This document shows, piece after piece, positions 8,448-16,878 of a DNA stretch of 63,259 nt. A model generated the notes under the pieces. The model did not search any database and was not told the DNA's origin. It worked only from the letters and a program-made list of their open reading frames with translations. Made by a program: the position numbers and the translations under genes. Each line of letters starts with the position of its first letter. Position 1 is the first letter of the stretch. Source of the DNA: Nitrospirota bacterium (GTDB lineage Bacteria; Nitrospirota; Nitrospiria; JACQCE01); NCBI GenBank assembly GCA_016201765.1, contig JACQCE010000084.1, forward strand, positions 1-63,259. The letters are read 5' to 3'.

Positions 8448-9902
8448 CTACCGCACGACGGAGTCGTTTCCGCCCTGCAACAGAATGGGATCATAGCGCT
8501 CGCGGTGTTCCACCTGCTCCTGCGTGAGGAAGTCGCCGGTTTCCCCCTGCTTCCGCTCCTTGATCGCCGTCAAGTCCGACTGGTCTTTGACGATGTAGGG
8601 CGTCAAAAAAATCATCAGGTTGGTTTTCAGGGTTCTGTTGGACCGGAACTTGAACAGCCACCCCAACACCGGAATGTCGCCGAGCAGCGGAATTTTCCGC
8701 TGCGAGATGAGCTGATCGTTTCGAATCAATCCGCCGATCACGACGGTCTGGCGGCTGTTCACGATGATGGTCGTCGTCGCGGAGCGCTTGGTGGTCGTCG
8801 GCCCGACGGCCAGCGTCCCCACCTGCTGGCTCACCGACTCCTGGACGGTCGAAATCTCCTGAAACAGATCCAGCTTGACGACCTCATCCACCATGATGTG
8901 CGGTGTCAGCCGCAGCGTCACGCCGACGTCCTTGCGCTCGATCTTGGTGAGCACGGTTCCCCCGCTCGTTTCGCTCTGGCCGCTGGGGAACGGGCGGTTC
9001 TCTCCGACGATGATTTCCGCCTCCTTGTTGTCGCTGGCCAGCAACTGGGGGGTGGAGAGGATATTGACGTCGGACATGGTCTGGAGCGCGTGGAGCGCAG
9101 CCCGAATATTAATCGGTTGAATCGAGATACCGGACGGCAGGTTGACCAGATTGAACAGATCCTCCGGGGGCTGGTTGGCTCCGCCGATGACCGTCAGATT
9201 GGAGGAGGCATCGGTGTAACCGAACAACGCGGTCACATCCATTCCCAATTCTTTCAACCGATCGAGGCCGACCTCCATGATCACGGCCTCCACGTAGACC
9301 TGCCGCCGCTTCACATCCAGCTGCCGGATGATCTTGGTCAGGGTGTCGTAATCGCTCTGAGACGCGGTGACGATCAGGGAATTGGTCGACTTGTCCGCGG
9401 CCACCTGGATGGGGCCCTCGAACCGGTTCCCCGTCGATGAGACGCGTTGCGTCACGCCGCCGGGGGGGCGGGGCGCCTGCTGCAGACCACCCAGCAGCTT
9501 GGCGACGTCCTCGGCCGTCGCGTTTTCCAACGCGTAGATGTAGAGATTGCGATCCGGCACGCTCTCGGCCGTCGGCACGATCTGGATGATCTCCCCGTTC
9601 GGGACGGCCCGGAACCCCTTCAATTCCAGCACCGCCTCAAACACATGGTAGGCCTTTTGCACGGAAATCTTCGCCGGCGAGTAAATGGTGACCTTGCCCT
9701 TGACTTTCTCATCGATGACGAAATTTTTTCCGATCAGTTCGCTGATGAATTTGACGAAGATGGGCAGCTCGACGTTGGTGAAATCGATCGTCACCCACTG
9801 GGCGGCCGGCGCCGTCCCTTCGGGCAGCGCGGCCAAGGCCGTCCGGCCCTGCCCCATTCCCCACACCAGCAGGACCGCCAGCAACAGTTTAGTGAATTTC
9901 AT
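8448..9902 (-). CDS. gspD: T2SS secretin GspD (short form)
   Basis: Signal peptide MKFTKLLLAVLLVWGMGQGRTALA, N0/N1-like domains and a secretin core (VVIGGLIRNDQLISQRKIPLLGDIPVLGWLFKFRS). Start 9902 overlaps the gspC end. Confidence 0.85.
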   Translation of the reverse strand: MKFTKLLLAVLLVWGMGQGRTALAALPEGTAPAAQWVTIDFTNVELPIFVKFISELIGKNFVIDEKVKGKVTIYSPAKISVQKAYHVFEAVLELKGFRAVPNGEIIQIVPTAESVPDRNLYIYALENATAEDVAKLLGGLQQAPRPPGGVTQRVSSTGNRFEGPIQVAADKSTNSLIVTASQSDYDTLTKIIRQLDVKRRQVYVEAVIMEVGLDRLKELGMDVTALFGYTDASSNLTVIGGANQPPEDLFNLVNLPSGISIQPINIRAALHALQTMSDVNILSTPQLLASDNKEAEIIVGENRPFPSGQSETSGGTVLTKIERKDVGVTLRLTPHIMVDEVVKLDLFQEISTVQESVSQQVGTLAVGPTTTKRSATTTIIVNSRQTVVIGGLIRNDQLISQRKIPLLGDIPVLGWLFKFRSNRTLKTNLMIFLTPYIVKDQSDLTAIKERKQGETGDFLTQEQVEHRERYDPILLQGGNDSVVR

Positions 9903-10758
9903 ACGCGAGCGTAACGGGCTGGGACCGCCGTTGCAGATCGACGTTGATGGCGGCTTCATTCCGGAGCTGTTCAAACGCTTTGAGCAGGTTTTGCGGATCA
10001 TTCACCTCGACGCCGTTAATCCGCTGGAGCACATCGCCTTCCTTGAGGCCGATCTCGGTGAAAAAGCTGCCGGGTTGCATGCTGAGCACCTGAAACCCGT
10101 TGGCCTTTCCGCCGATGAAATTCGGAATCAGACGGGCCTGGGTCAGCAGTTTCGGAAGATTGGCGAGCGCGGCTTCGATCTTGCCCCGGTCGATGAGCCA
10201 ATGATTCGCCGCCACTTCCCGCACCCCGCCCGCCGCCGCGGACGGGCCGCCGGCCGGCGCCGCCCCGGGCACCTCCTCCTGCACGGCGAGTTGCTGCAAC
10301 GCCCCGCCCACGCGGATCGTGATGGCATAGCGTTCGATGCCGACCAGTTGCGCGCCGCCGGGCAGCAGATCGCCGACGCGGTAGAGATTCTGGGCGCTGT
10401 TGCTTTTCTCCTCCAGCACGGCGAAGCCGAAGTCGCCTCCGCCCGTCACGGTGCCCACAAGGTGATGGGTCGCTTCAATCACCACCGGCGGCGCTGCGGC
10501 CGGCGAAACGGCCGTATTACCACGTTGATTGGGGTTGAACAGGTTGCCCCGCAGAATAGCGTCCACATCGGCCGTGGACGGCGGGATCGCCGCCGTTCTC
10601 GCGGACGGTCGCGACGGCGGCATGGAGGCTTCGATCGTCGCCCCCATCAAGAGATTGGCGGCGTCGGCGGCCAGATAGGCCGCGGCCGCCAGGACCCCGA
10701 CGGTCAGCAGGCGTTGCCGCCAATGCCACCAGACTATGTTCAGACGATGTGATGTCAT
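9889..10758 (-). CDS. gspC: T2SS protein GspC with C-terminal PDZ domain
   Basis: N-terminal TM (LLTVGVLAAAAYLAADAANLL), an HR-like region and PDZ (GFQVLSMQPGSFFTEIGLKEGDVLQRINGVEV). Confidence 0.7.
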   Translation of the reverse strand: MTSHRLNIVWWHWRQRLLTVGVLAAAAYLAADAANLLMGATIEASMPPSRPSARTAAIPPSTADVDAILRGNLFNPNQRGNTAVSPAAAPPVVIEATHHLVGTVTGGGDFGFAVLEEKSNSAQNLYRVGDLLPGGAQLVGIERYAITIRVGGALQQLAVQEEVPGAAPAGGPSAAAGGVREVAANHWLIDRGKIEAALANLPKLLTQARLIPNFIGGKANGFQVLSMQPGSFFTEIGLKEGDVLQRINGVEVNDPQNLLKAFEQLRNEAAINVDLQRRSQPVTLAYEIH

Positions 10759-10779
10759 TGGCGAGATTCCCCGATCCCC

Positions 10780-10808
10780 ATTATTCCTCGCTGTCGGATG
10801 AATGTCAA
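10780..10808 (-). promoter_or_regulatory. sigma70-type promoter upstream of gspC
   Basis: Minus strand reads TTGACA-17 nt-AATAAT, about 20 nt upstream of the gspC start. Confidence 0.5.
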
Positions 10809-10860
10809 GTCAACCAGGGGCGGGGAAAATCAACGAAAAGAACGGACGGCGGCGCGGCGG

Positions 10861-13188
10861 TCAGCCGGAAGTCGCTCCGCGCCTGGGCGCCGTTCCCACA
10901 CCGGTCTGTCCGGCGGACCGAGGCAGCCCGGGATCGGACAGAAAGAGGTGGGGAAAATCCGGGGGGGCCAGCACCTGCGAGATGAAGAGATCGATCAGCG
11001 GATCGGCCGGCGCGACGGTCAGGCCCCGTTGGGCGGCCAACTGCCGCAACGCCTGCTCCGTGTCCGGCCCCACCAGTCCGTCCACGCGCCCATGATAGAT
11101 GCGCCGCTCGCGCAACTGGCGCTGCAGCCACCGGACCACCGGGTCCTCCCCGTTGATCGGCCCCGGCCACCGCCAGCCGTTCAGCGGACGCCAGTAGAGC
11201 CGGACCACGCCCGTCAACTCCCGCTCGATCGTGTCGGCCGGTCGGGAGAGAAATCCCACCCCGGGGTCAAGCAGCACGACCCGGCCGGCGACGACCCGGC
11301 TGATCACGACGGGGCGCGGCGGTTCGCCCGGCGCGTCGCCCTTTCTCATGACGATCGCGGGATAATCCAGCTTCAGCAGCTCCTGGACGGTCAGCGGCGC
11401 CTGCAGCAATTCCAGCCGCCGCCCGCCGGCCAGCGCCTCCGGATCAAGACTCAACACGCCGCCCGGTTCCTTCGGCGGCCAGTCGGGCACCGCCCCCCAC
11501 TGGCGCAGCAGCATCAGCAGGGCCGCCCGCTCCATGAGTTCGGGCGAGCCGCTCTTCCCAACGCGAATCACCTCATCGTCATCCACAAACCATGCCCGTT
11601 CCGGCGCGGGGTCCGGAGCGGTCTCGGCGCGAAGCGCCGACGCCGTCTCCCGGCGCGCGTCGACGGTCCGCACATCGGCCGGGACCGAAGCCGCCTGGTC
11701 CGTCCGCACGTGATCCGCTTTCAATGCCACACGCAGCCGGTCGGCCGGGGACGTGTCCGACGCCTTCGGGATCTCAAGCGATGGCGCGCGCGGCGCGGCG
11801 ACCATCACTTCAGCCGGCAGCAGGGGAAGGCGGATCATCGATGTCAGGGAGGGAAGTGGGCGCATCGGACTGTCCGCCGTGGCGATGGGATCTGAAGGGG
11901 TGACGGCAGCCGGTGACGGCGGCTCGGGAAGCGCCGGGGAAAAACGTTCCGGCGCCGCGGGAGTCGGAGCAAGCGGCAGGGCTTCCTGCGAAGCTTCCTG
12001 CCGGGGTGATGGTGCCTGTCCGGTCAGGGGTTGCCGTAACCACGGGTCTTCGACGTCATCCGTCGAAGGAAGGAGGTTGAGTATTTGACCGGGCGCCTGC
12101 GTGGTCGTCTGTGTGGGCGGCGGAATCGGATGGGCGGCCAGGTCGCTGATGGACGGCAGCGGAGGGGCGAGGGGCAGGAGTGGCTCAGACTGTTCGCGGG
12201 CCATGAGTGCGGGCGGAAACCGCTGTTCGAGGGAACCCGTCTTCCACCACATGCCGCCCAATCCGGCCAGCAGCGAGACGAGTCCGATGACGGCCACGCG
12301 CAGCATCGGATCGGACCGGCGTCGAACGGGCTGGATCGGCGTCTCCTGCGTCAGGTAGGAAGGGGGCGGCTCCGTCACCGGCAGAATGGGCGTCAACTCG
12401 CCGACGGCCTGGCTCATCAGATAGCCGGAAATCAGCCGGGTGCCGCGCACGTACGCGGCCAGCAGCGCCCGGTCGCAGAGCGCATTGATCAGCCTGGGCA
12501 CCCCGCCGGAGTAACGATACACCAGCTCCAACGCGGCGGGCTCGAAGTGGACCGCTTCGCGGCCGCCGGCCCGCCACAACCGGTACTGGATGTAATCGGC
12601 CACCTCCTGCGACTCCAGCGGCGTCAAACGGGCGCGAACGACAATGCGCTGGTTGAGCTGGCGGAGCTGCGGCAGTTCCAGCTTGTCCAGCAGCTCCGGC
12701 TGGCCGACCAGCAGAATCTGCAGCAGTTTGGCCCGGGACGTTTCGAGGTTCGACAGCAGCCGGATCTCCTCCAGACACTCCACCGACAGCGTCTGCGCCT
12801 CATCAACGATCAGCGCGGCGTTGCCGCCCTGCATGAGCTGCTCGAGCAAGAACTGGTTGAGCCCGTCCGTCAGAATTTTTTTCGAATAACTCTGATCGCC
12901 CACGCCGAAATCATGGTTGATCGACTGGAGCAGTTCGACGGTCGTCAGGTTCGGGTTGAAGACCAGGGCGCTCTTGACGCGCGGCCCCAATTGCTCGATG
13001 AGCAGGCGGGAGAGGGTGGTCTTCCCCGTGCCGACCTCGCCGGTCAGCACCATGAAACCTTTGCGCTCCCTGACGGTGTAGAGCGCCTGGTTGAACGCCT
13101 CTTCGTGGCGGGTCGTGAAAAAAAAGAAGTGCGGGTCCGGGGTGGATTGAAACGGGAGGCGGCGAAACTGGAAAAACTGTTGATACAT
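10861..13188 (-). CDS. gspA: GspA/ExeA-like AAA+ ATPase with C-terminal peptidoglycan-binding domain
   Basis: MYQQFFQFRRLPFQSTPDPHFFF matches the ExeA N-terminus. Walker A GEVGTGKTT. A TM and Pro-rich spacer. C-terminal PG_binding_1-like RWLQRQLRERRIYHGRVDGLVGPDTEQALRQL. Start at the internal Met (13188) is preferred to the TTG at 13230. Confidence 0.8.
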   Translation of the reverse strand: MYQQFFQFRRLPFQSTPDPHFFFFTTRHEEAFNQALYTVRERKGFMVLTGEVGTGKTTLSRLLIEQLGPRVKSALVFNPNLTTVELLQSINHDFGVGDQSYSKKILTDGLNQFLLEQLMQGGNAALIVDEAQTLSVECLEEIRLLSNLETSRAKLLQILLVGQPELLDKLELPQLRQLNQRIVVRARLTPLESQEVADYIQYRLWRAGGREAVHFEPAALELVYRYSGGVPRLINALCDRALLAAYVRGTRLISGYLMSQAVGELTPILPVTEPPPSYLTQETPIQPVRRRSDPMLRVAVIGLVSLLAGLGGMWWKTGSLEQRFPPALMAREQSEPLLPLAPPLPSISDLAAHPIPPPTQTTTQAPGQILNLLPSTDDVEDPWLRQPLTGQAPSPRQEASQEALPLAPTPAAPERFSPALPEPPSPAAVTPSDPIATADSPMRPLPSLTSMIRLPLLPAEVMVAAPRAPSLEIPKASDTSPADRLRVALKADHVRTDQAASVPADVRTVDARRETASALRAETAPDPAPERAWFVDDDEVIRVGKSGSPELMERAALLMLLRQWGAVPDWPPKEPGGVLSLDPEALAGGRRLELLQAPLTVQELLKLDYPAIVMRKGDAPGEPPRPVVISRVVAGRVVLLDPGVGFLSRPADTIERELTGVVRLYWRPLNGWRWPGPINGEDPVVRWLQRQLRERRIYHGRVDGLVGPDTEQALRQLAAQRGLTVAPADPLIDLFISQVLAPPDFPHLFLSDPGLPRSAGQTGVGTAPRRGATSG

Positions 13189-13282
13189 GCCGGGTGGCGG
13201 TACTTTGTCATAGAACACCTGCCTTGTCAATAGATTTTGTGGTATAAAGGGGCGACCACCACAAAGGCTGGGGTATCGACTG

Positions 13283-13723
13283 ATGGCGAGATGGCTGTTA
13301 ATGGGGGTGTTGCTGCTGGCCGCGTTCGGGGCCGGCTACCTGGCCGGCGGCCGCGAACAGCGGAGCGTGCAGCAGAATCTGCAGCAGCTCAAGGATGAGA
13401 TGGCGCGGCGGACGGTGGAACTGGAACGGCACGTGACGGTCGCGCGCATGCGCGGCCACCTGCTCGAAATGCGCGACGCGCTGACGACCGCCCAGACCCA
13501 CATCGAACACCAGAATTTCGGCATGGCCCGCGAGGCGCTGGCCAGCGCGCAGCGCTCGTTTCAGTCGGCCCTTCAGCTGGATGAAAAAAATTCGCTGGCC
13601 CGTTTACGGCCGATCGAACGGGAGCTGGCGCGCTTGAAGGAGGCGCGCACGTTCGGTCCGTCGTCGATCGATACCATCGACCGGATCAAACAGCAAATCC
13701 GGGAGAACGGCGAATCACGGTAA
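13283..13723 (+). CDS. hypothetical membrane-anchored coiled-coil protein
   Basis: An N-terminal TM (WLLMGVLLLAAFGAGYLAG) followed by heptad-like charged sequence. No recognisable family. Confidence 0.4.
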   Translation: MARWLLMGVLLLAAFGAGYLAGGREQRSVQQNLQQLKDEMARRTVELERHVTVARMRGHLLEMRDALTTAQTHIEHQNFGMAREALASAQRSFQSALQLDEKNSLARLRPIERELARLKEARTFGPSSIDTIDRIKQQIRENGESR

Positions 13724-13727
13724 TCGA

Positions 13728-15911
13728 CTAGGAAGACCGCGCCAGTGCCGACGGGAGGTCGGCATAGAGCACCACGCGGTTGCGCCCCTGGGCCTTGGCG
13801 CCATAAAGCGCCTTGTCCGCCACGCTGACCAGTTGATCGGGACCGGCGGCATCGGTCGGCGCCGACGCAATCCCGATGCTCAGCGTCACCGGAATGGCCA
13901 CCCCTGCCAGGCCGAATCGTCCCCGTTCAATCACCTTCCGGATCCGCTCCGCCATCTTGGCCGCCTGCGCGGCGGAGGTCTTGGGCAGCAGCACGGCAAA
14001 TTCCTCCCCGCCGTAACGCCCCACCGTGTCCACCTTCCGCGCCAGTTGCTTGAGCAACGCGGCCACCTGCTTGAGGATGCGGTCCCCGGCCTGGTGGCCG
14101 TGGGTGTCGTTGATCCGCTTGAAGTGATCCAGATCGATCATCATCAACGCGAGGGATTCGCCGTGGCGCTGCGCCTGCTCCCACTCATAATGCAGCCGGC
14201 CGTGGAAGGCCCGGTGATTCAGAATGGCCGTCAACCCGTCGATGGAGGCCAGCCGCTCCACCTCTTCATGGAGCTGGGCGTCGGTGATCGCCTGGGCGGC
14301 CTGGTTGCAGAGAATCGACAGCAGATGCTGGTGGGTGGCGGTAAAGGCCGACGGCACATCGGACAGACACAAGAGCAGGCCGATCACGCGATCCTGCGCG
14401 ATCAGCGGAAGACCGAGGAACGATCGCGCGGGCAGCCGAAGCTTCGATTTCGACGGGAAAAACCGGGTCGGCTGCTCATCCGACAGGTGCGACAGCAGGA
14501 CCGGCTGGCGGTTTTTCACCACCAGACTGACCAGGCCGTCCGTCAGGGCGAAGGTTTGATTGAGGGCGCGTTCCTTGTGCTGGCCCTCGGCCACGCGAAC
14601 CTCCGCGCGCCGCTCCCCCTCGTCAAGCAGACAGAGGATGCTCGTATCCGCCTGGACGAGCTTTTGGGTCAACCCGGTCATCGTTTCGAGACGATGCTGC
14701 AGATCGAGCCGCGAGTTGAGCAGCTGGCTCGCCTCCAGCAGCCGGGAAATTTCGCCCCCTTTCTCCGCCATGCGCCGCTGCTGCCGCAAATCCTCCAGTT
14801 GGGCCCGCAGGCAGCCGGCCGTCTGGAGCAGGAGTTGCTCCTCCCGGTCGCCCAACACCCCCGTGCGCTGGCTGTCGACACAGAGCACGCCTTCCAACCG
14901 GCCCTCCGCCATCATCGGCATCACCAGCAGCGACCGGACGGCGGCCGGGATACGATAGTAGTCCGGCAATTGCCGGGTCGGATCCAGCCGGCCGTAGAGG
15001 CAGGGTTTGCGCTCCTTGGCGGCCCATCCGATCGGCCCATGACCCACGGCCACGGACCATTCGTCGCGATAGTCCTTCGCAGCCCCCCCCACGCACAGTT
15101 CCAGGTGCAGCCGGTCGTCGCCGGGCTGATAGAGAAACAGCACGCAGCTGCGCGCCTGCGGGATGGCCTGCTTGAGCAGGCCCAGCAATTGGCGCCCCCG
15201 CTCCCGAAAGCGGACCCGCAGCCACGCGGCCTGCTCCTCCTGAGGGGTTTGAAACAGCAGCGGCGGCGCCTGCGCGGGATCGAAGAACCGCTCCCGTTGT
15301 TGCTGCTCCTCCAAGACGGAGGCCGCGCGCGCCGTCTGCCGGCGCAGCGACTCCAGCCTCCGCCAGACGATCAAGGGCACGCCCTGCGTGAGCCCGATCA
15401 ACAACACCCCCTGCCAGATTGGAAACGCGGTCCAGCCGTGCACGTTCAGCAACCACAGGAAGGCGGCACAGAGCGCCGCCGCCACGACCACCTGAAACCA
15501 GCGAAGGGGCAGCACCAGCGACGCCCCCAGGGTCAGCAACGGATAGATGATCAGGGCCGGGGTCGTGCCGTCAGCGGAGGCCCAGCGAAACAACCACTCC
15601 TGCACCATCGGCAGGGCCATCAGGAAGAGCGCGCCGCGCCGCCTTGGAGAAAAATAGCCCCGTTGAAGCCCCCGCCACACCAGCCATCCAGCGGCGGCAA
15701 ACCAGAGCAGGCCCATCACGACGGCCAGCGCGGTTGACGGAGGACCGTTCCGCCAGATCATGAACTGGCCAAGCACAAGGGCAACGGCCACCGCCATCAC
15801 GGCGGAACCGAATACGATCACCCCCATCGGCCGTCCGCCATCCCGACCGCCATCCCGGCTGCCAACACGGCTCAATGCCCGGCCGCGTCCATGCGATTTC
15901 AGATCCGCCAC
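13728..15911 (-). CDS. membrane-bound GAF-GAF-GGDEF diguanylate cyclase
   Basis: About 6 TM segments in the N-terminal region and two GAF-like regions. The GGDEF domain has LTAILNHRAF, DLDHFKRINDTHGH, an RKVD I-site 5 residues before the active site, and GGEEF. Confidence 0.85.
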   Translation of the reverse strand: MADLKSHGRGRALSRVGSRDGGRDGGRPMGVIVFGSAVMAVAVALVLGQFMIWRNGPPSTALAVVMGLLWFAAAGWLVWRGLQRGYFSPRRRGALFLMALPMVQEWLFRWASADGTTPALIIYPLLTLGASLVLPLRWFQVVVAAALCAAFLWLLNVHGWTAFPIWQGVLLIGLTQGVPLIVWRRLESLRRQTARAASVLEEQQQRERFFDPAQAPPLLFQTPQEEQAAWLRVRFRERGRQLLGLLKQAIPQARSCVLFLYQPGDDRLHLELCVGGAAKDYRDEWSVAVGHGPIGWAAKERKPCLYGRLDPTRQLPDYYRIPAAVRSLLVMPMMAEGRLEGVLCVDSQRTGVLGDREEQLLLQTAGCLRAQLEDLRQQRRMAEKGGEISRLLEASQLLNSRLDLQHRLETMTGLTQKLVQADTSILCLLDEGERRAEVRVAEGQHKERALNQTFALTDGLVSLVVKNRQPVLLSHLSDEQPTRFFPSKSKLRLPARSFLGLPLIAQDRVIGLLLCLSDVPSAFTATHQHLLSILCNQAAQAITDAQLHEEVERLASIDGLTAILNHRAFHGRLHYEWEQAQRHGESLALMMIDLDHFKRINDTHGHQAGDRILKQVAALLKQLARKVDTVGRYGGEEFAVLLPKTSAAQAAKMAERIRKVIERGRFGLAGVAIPVTLSIGIASAPTDAAGPDQLVSVADKALYGAKAQGRNRVVLYADLPSALARSS

Positions 15912-15929
15912 AACCGGTCCGTCCTCTTA

Positions 15930-16151
15930 TTACTTTCCCTCCGGCGCCTCCGGTGGAGCCGCCTGGGCCTTCTGACTGGCCGGCGGCCCCCCGGACGGTG
16001 ATGGCCGCGCGCGCCGGAGCTTTCGTTGCAACCGGCGCTGCCGCTTATGCATCAGACGGAAAACGGCCCCGTCACCGCCGCCCGCAGGCGCGGCGGTCAG
16101 TTTTCGGGTCAGGCGATTCAGGCGTTGCTCCAATTGCTGAACGGTCGGCAT
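15930..16151 (-). CDS. small Arg/Lys-rich hypothetical protein (73 aa)
   Basis: ATG 16151 is preceded by GGAGGAG with 6-nt spacing. Sits between the pseudopilin and the cyclase on the same strand. Sequence MPTVQQLEQRLNRLTRKL...HKRQRRLQRKLRRAR. Confidence 0.4.
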   Translation of the reverse strand: MPTVQQLEQRLNRLTRKLTAAPAGGGDGAVFRLMHKRQRRLQRKLRRARPSPSGGPPASQKAQAAPPEAPEGK

Positions 16152-16183
16152 GGTGCTCTCCTCCTCTGTGTGGCAGGGGCCGA

Positions 16184-16780
16184 TCACCACGTTCGATACG
16201 GGGTGTCGTCCAATGCCGTGTCTTCGCTGGTGGTATGAAGGTCATAGACATCATCCCCGCACCAGGATGCCGCATCGGGGTCGTCACGATAGCAGCGCAG
16301 TCCCCACTCGCGCGTTTGCGTTATGGGATCGATGGGAATGGCCCGCAGATAGCGCCTGATGTCGAGGCCGTTTACGGTGGCCTGTTCTCCGGACAATTTG
16401 ACTTCCAGCAGCGTCTCAAGCGTTTTAGGGTAGCCAAAATCGCTGCTGACATCCTTGCAGGTCAATTGGTTGACCTTGCACAACTCCCCCAACAGCTGGT
16501 TGCCGGCCCGGTTCCAATCGAGGTGAAACTGGTCGATGGCTTGACGGACGGTGCGCAGGTCCTGGCGCAATTCGAGTTCGCGCACCCGCTTGGTGTTCAT
16601 TTTGACCAACGGCATGGCAACGGTGGCCAGCACCAGTAGAATCGCCAGCGTCACCATCAGCTCAAGGAGGGTCACGCCCCGGGCGCCCGCAATGAGCCGG
16701 ACGACCAATCGACGACCGGGGGAACAGGAGGGGAGGATTCCCTGCACGGAATTCCAGCGTTGCCGTCGCCGGCCGATCAT
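16184..16780 (-). CDS. GspG-like pseudopilin paralogue (orphan)
   Basis: GVTLLELMVTLAILLVLATVAMP prepilin motif. QAIDQFHLD and RRYLRAIPIDP correspond to GspG motifs. The start is uncertain: ATG 16780, or an in-frame TTG nearer the cleavage site. Confidence 0.75.
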   Translation of the reverse strand: MIGRRRQRWNSVQGILPSCSPGRRLVVRLIAGARGVTLLELMVTLAILLVLATVAMPLVKMNTKRVRELELRQDLRTVRQAIDQFHLDWNRAGNQLLGELCKVNQLTCKDVSSDFGYPKTLETLLEVKLSGEQATVNGLDIRRYLRAIPIDPITQTREWGLRCYRDDPDAASWCGDDVYDLHTTSEDTALDDTPYRTW

Positions 16781-16878
16781 TGCGCTCCGCAAGGACAACG
16801 TCCGCTTAGTGTGCGCGGGCGGCACGGTCGGCCACCGATCGGCGGACCGCAATTCCCACGACAGGGCTGCTCACACAC

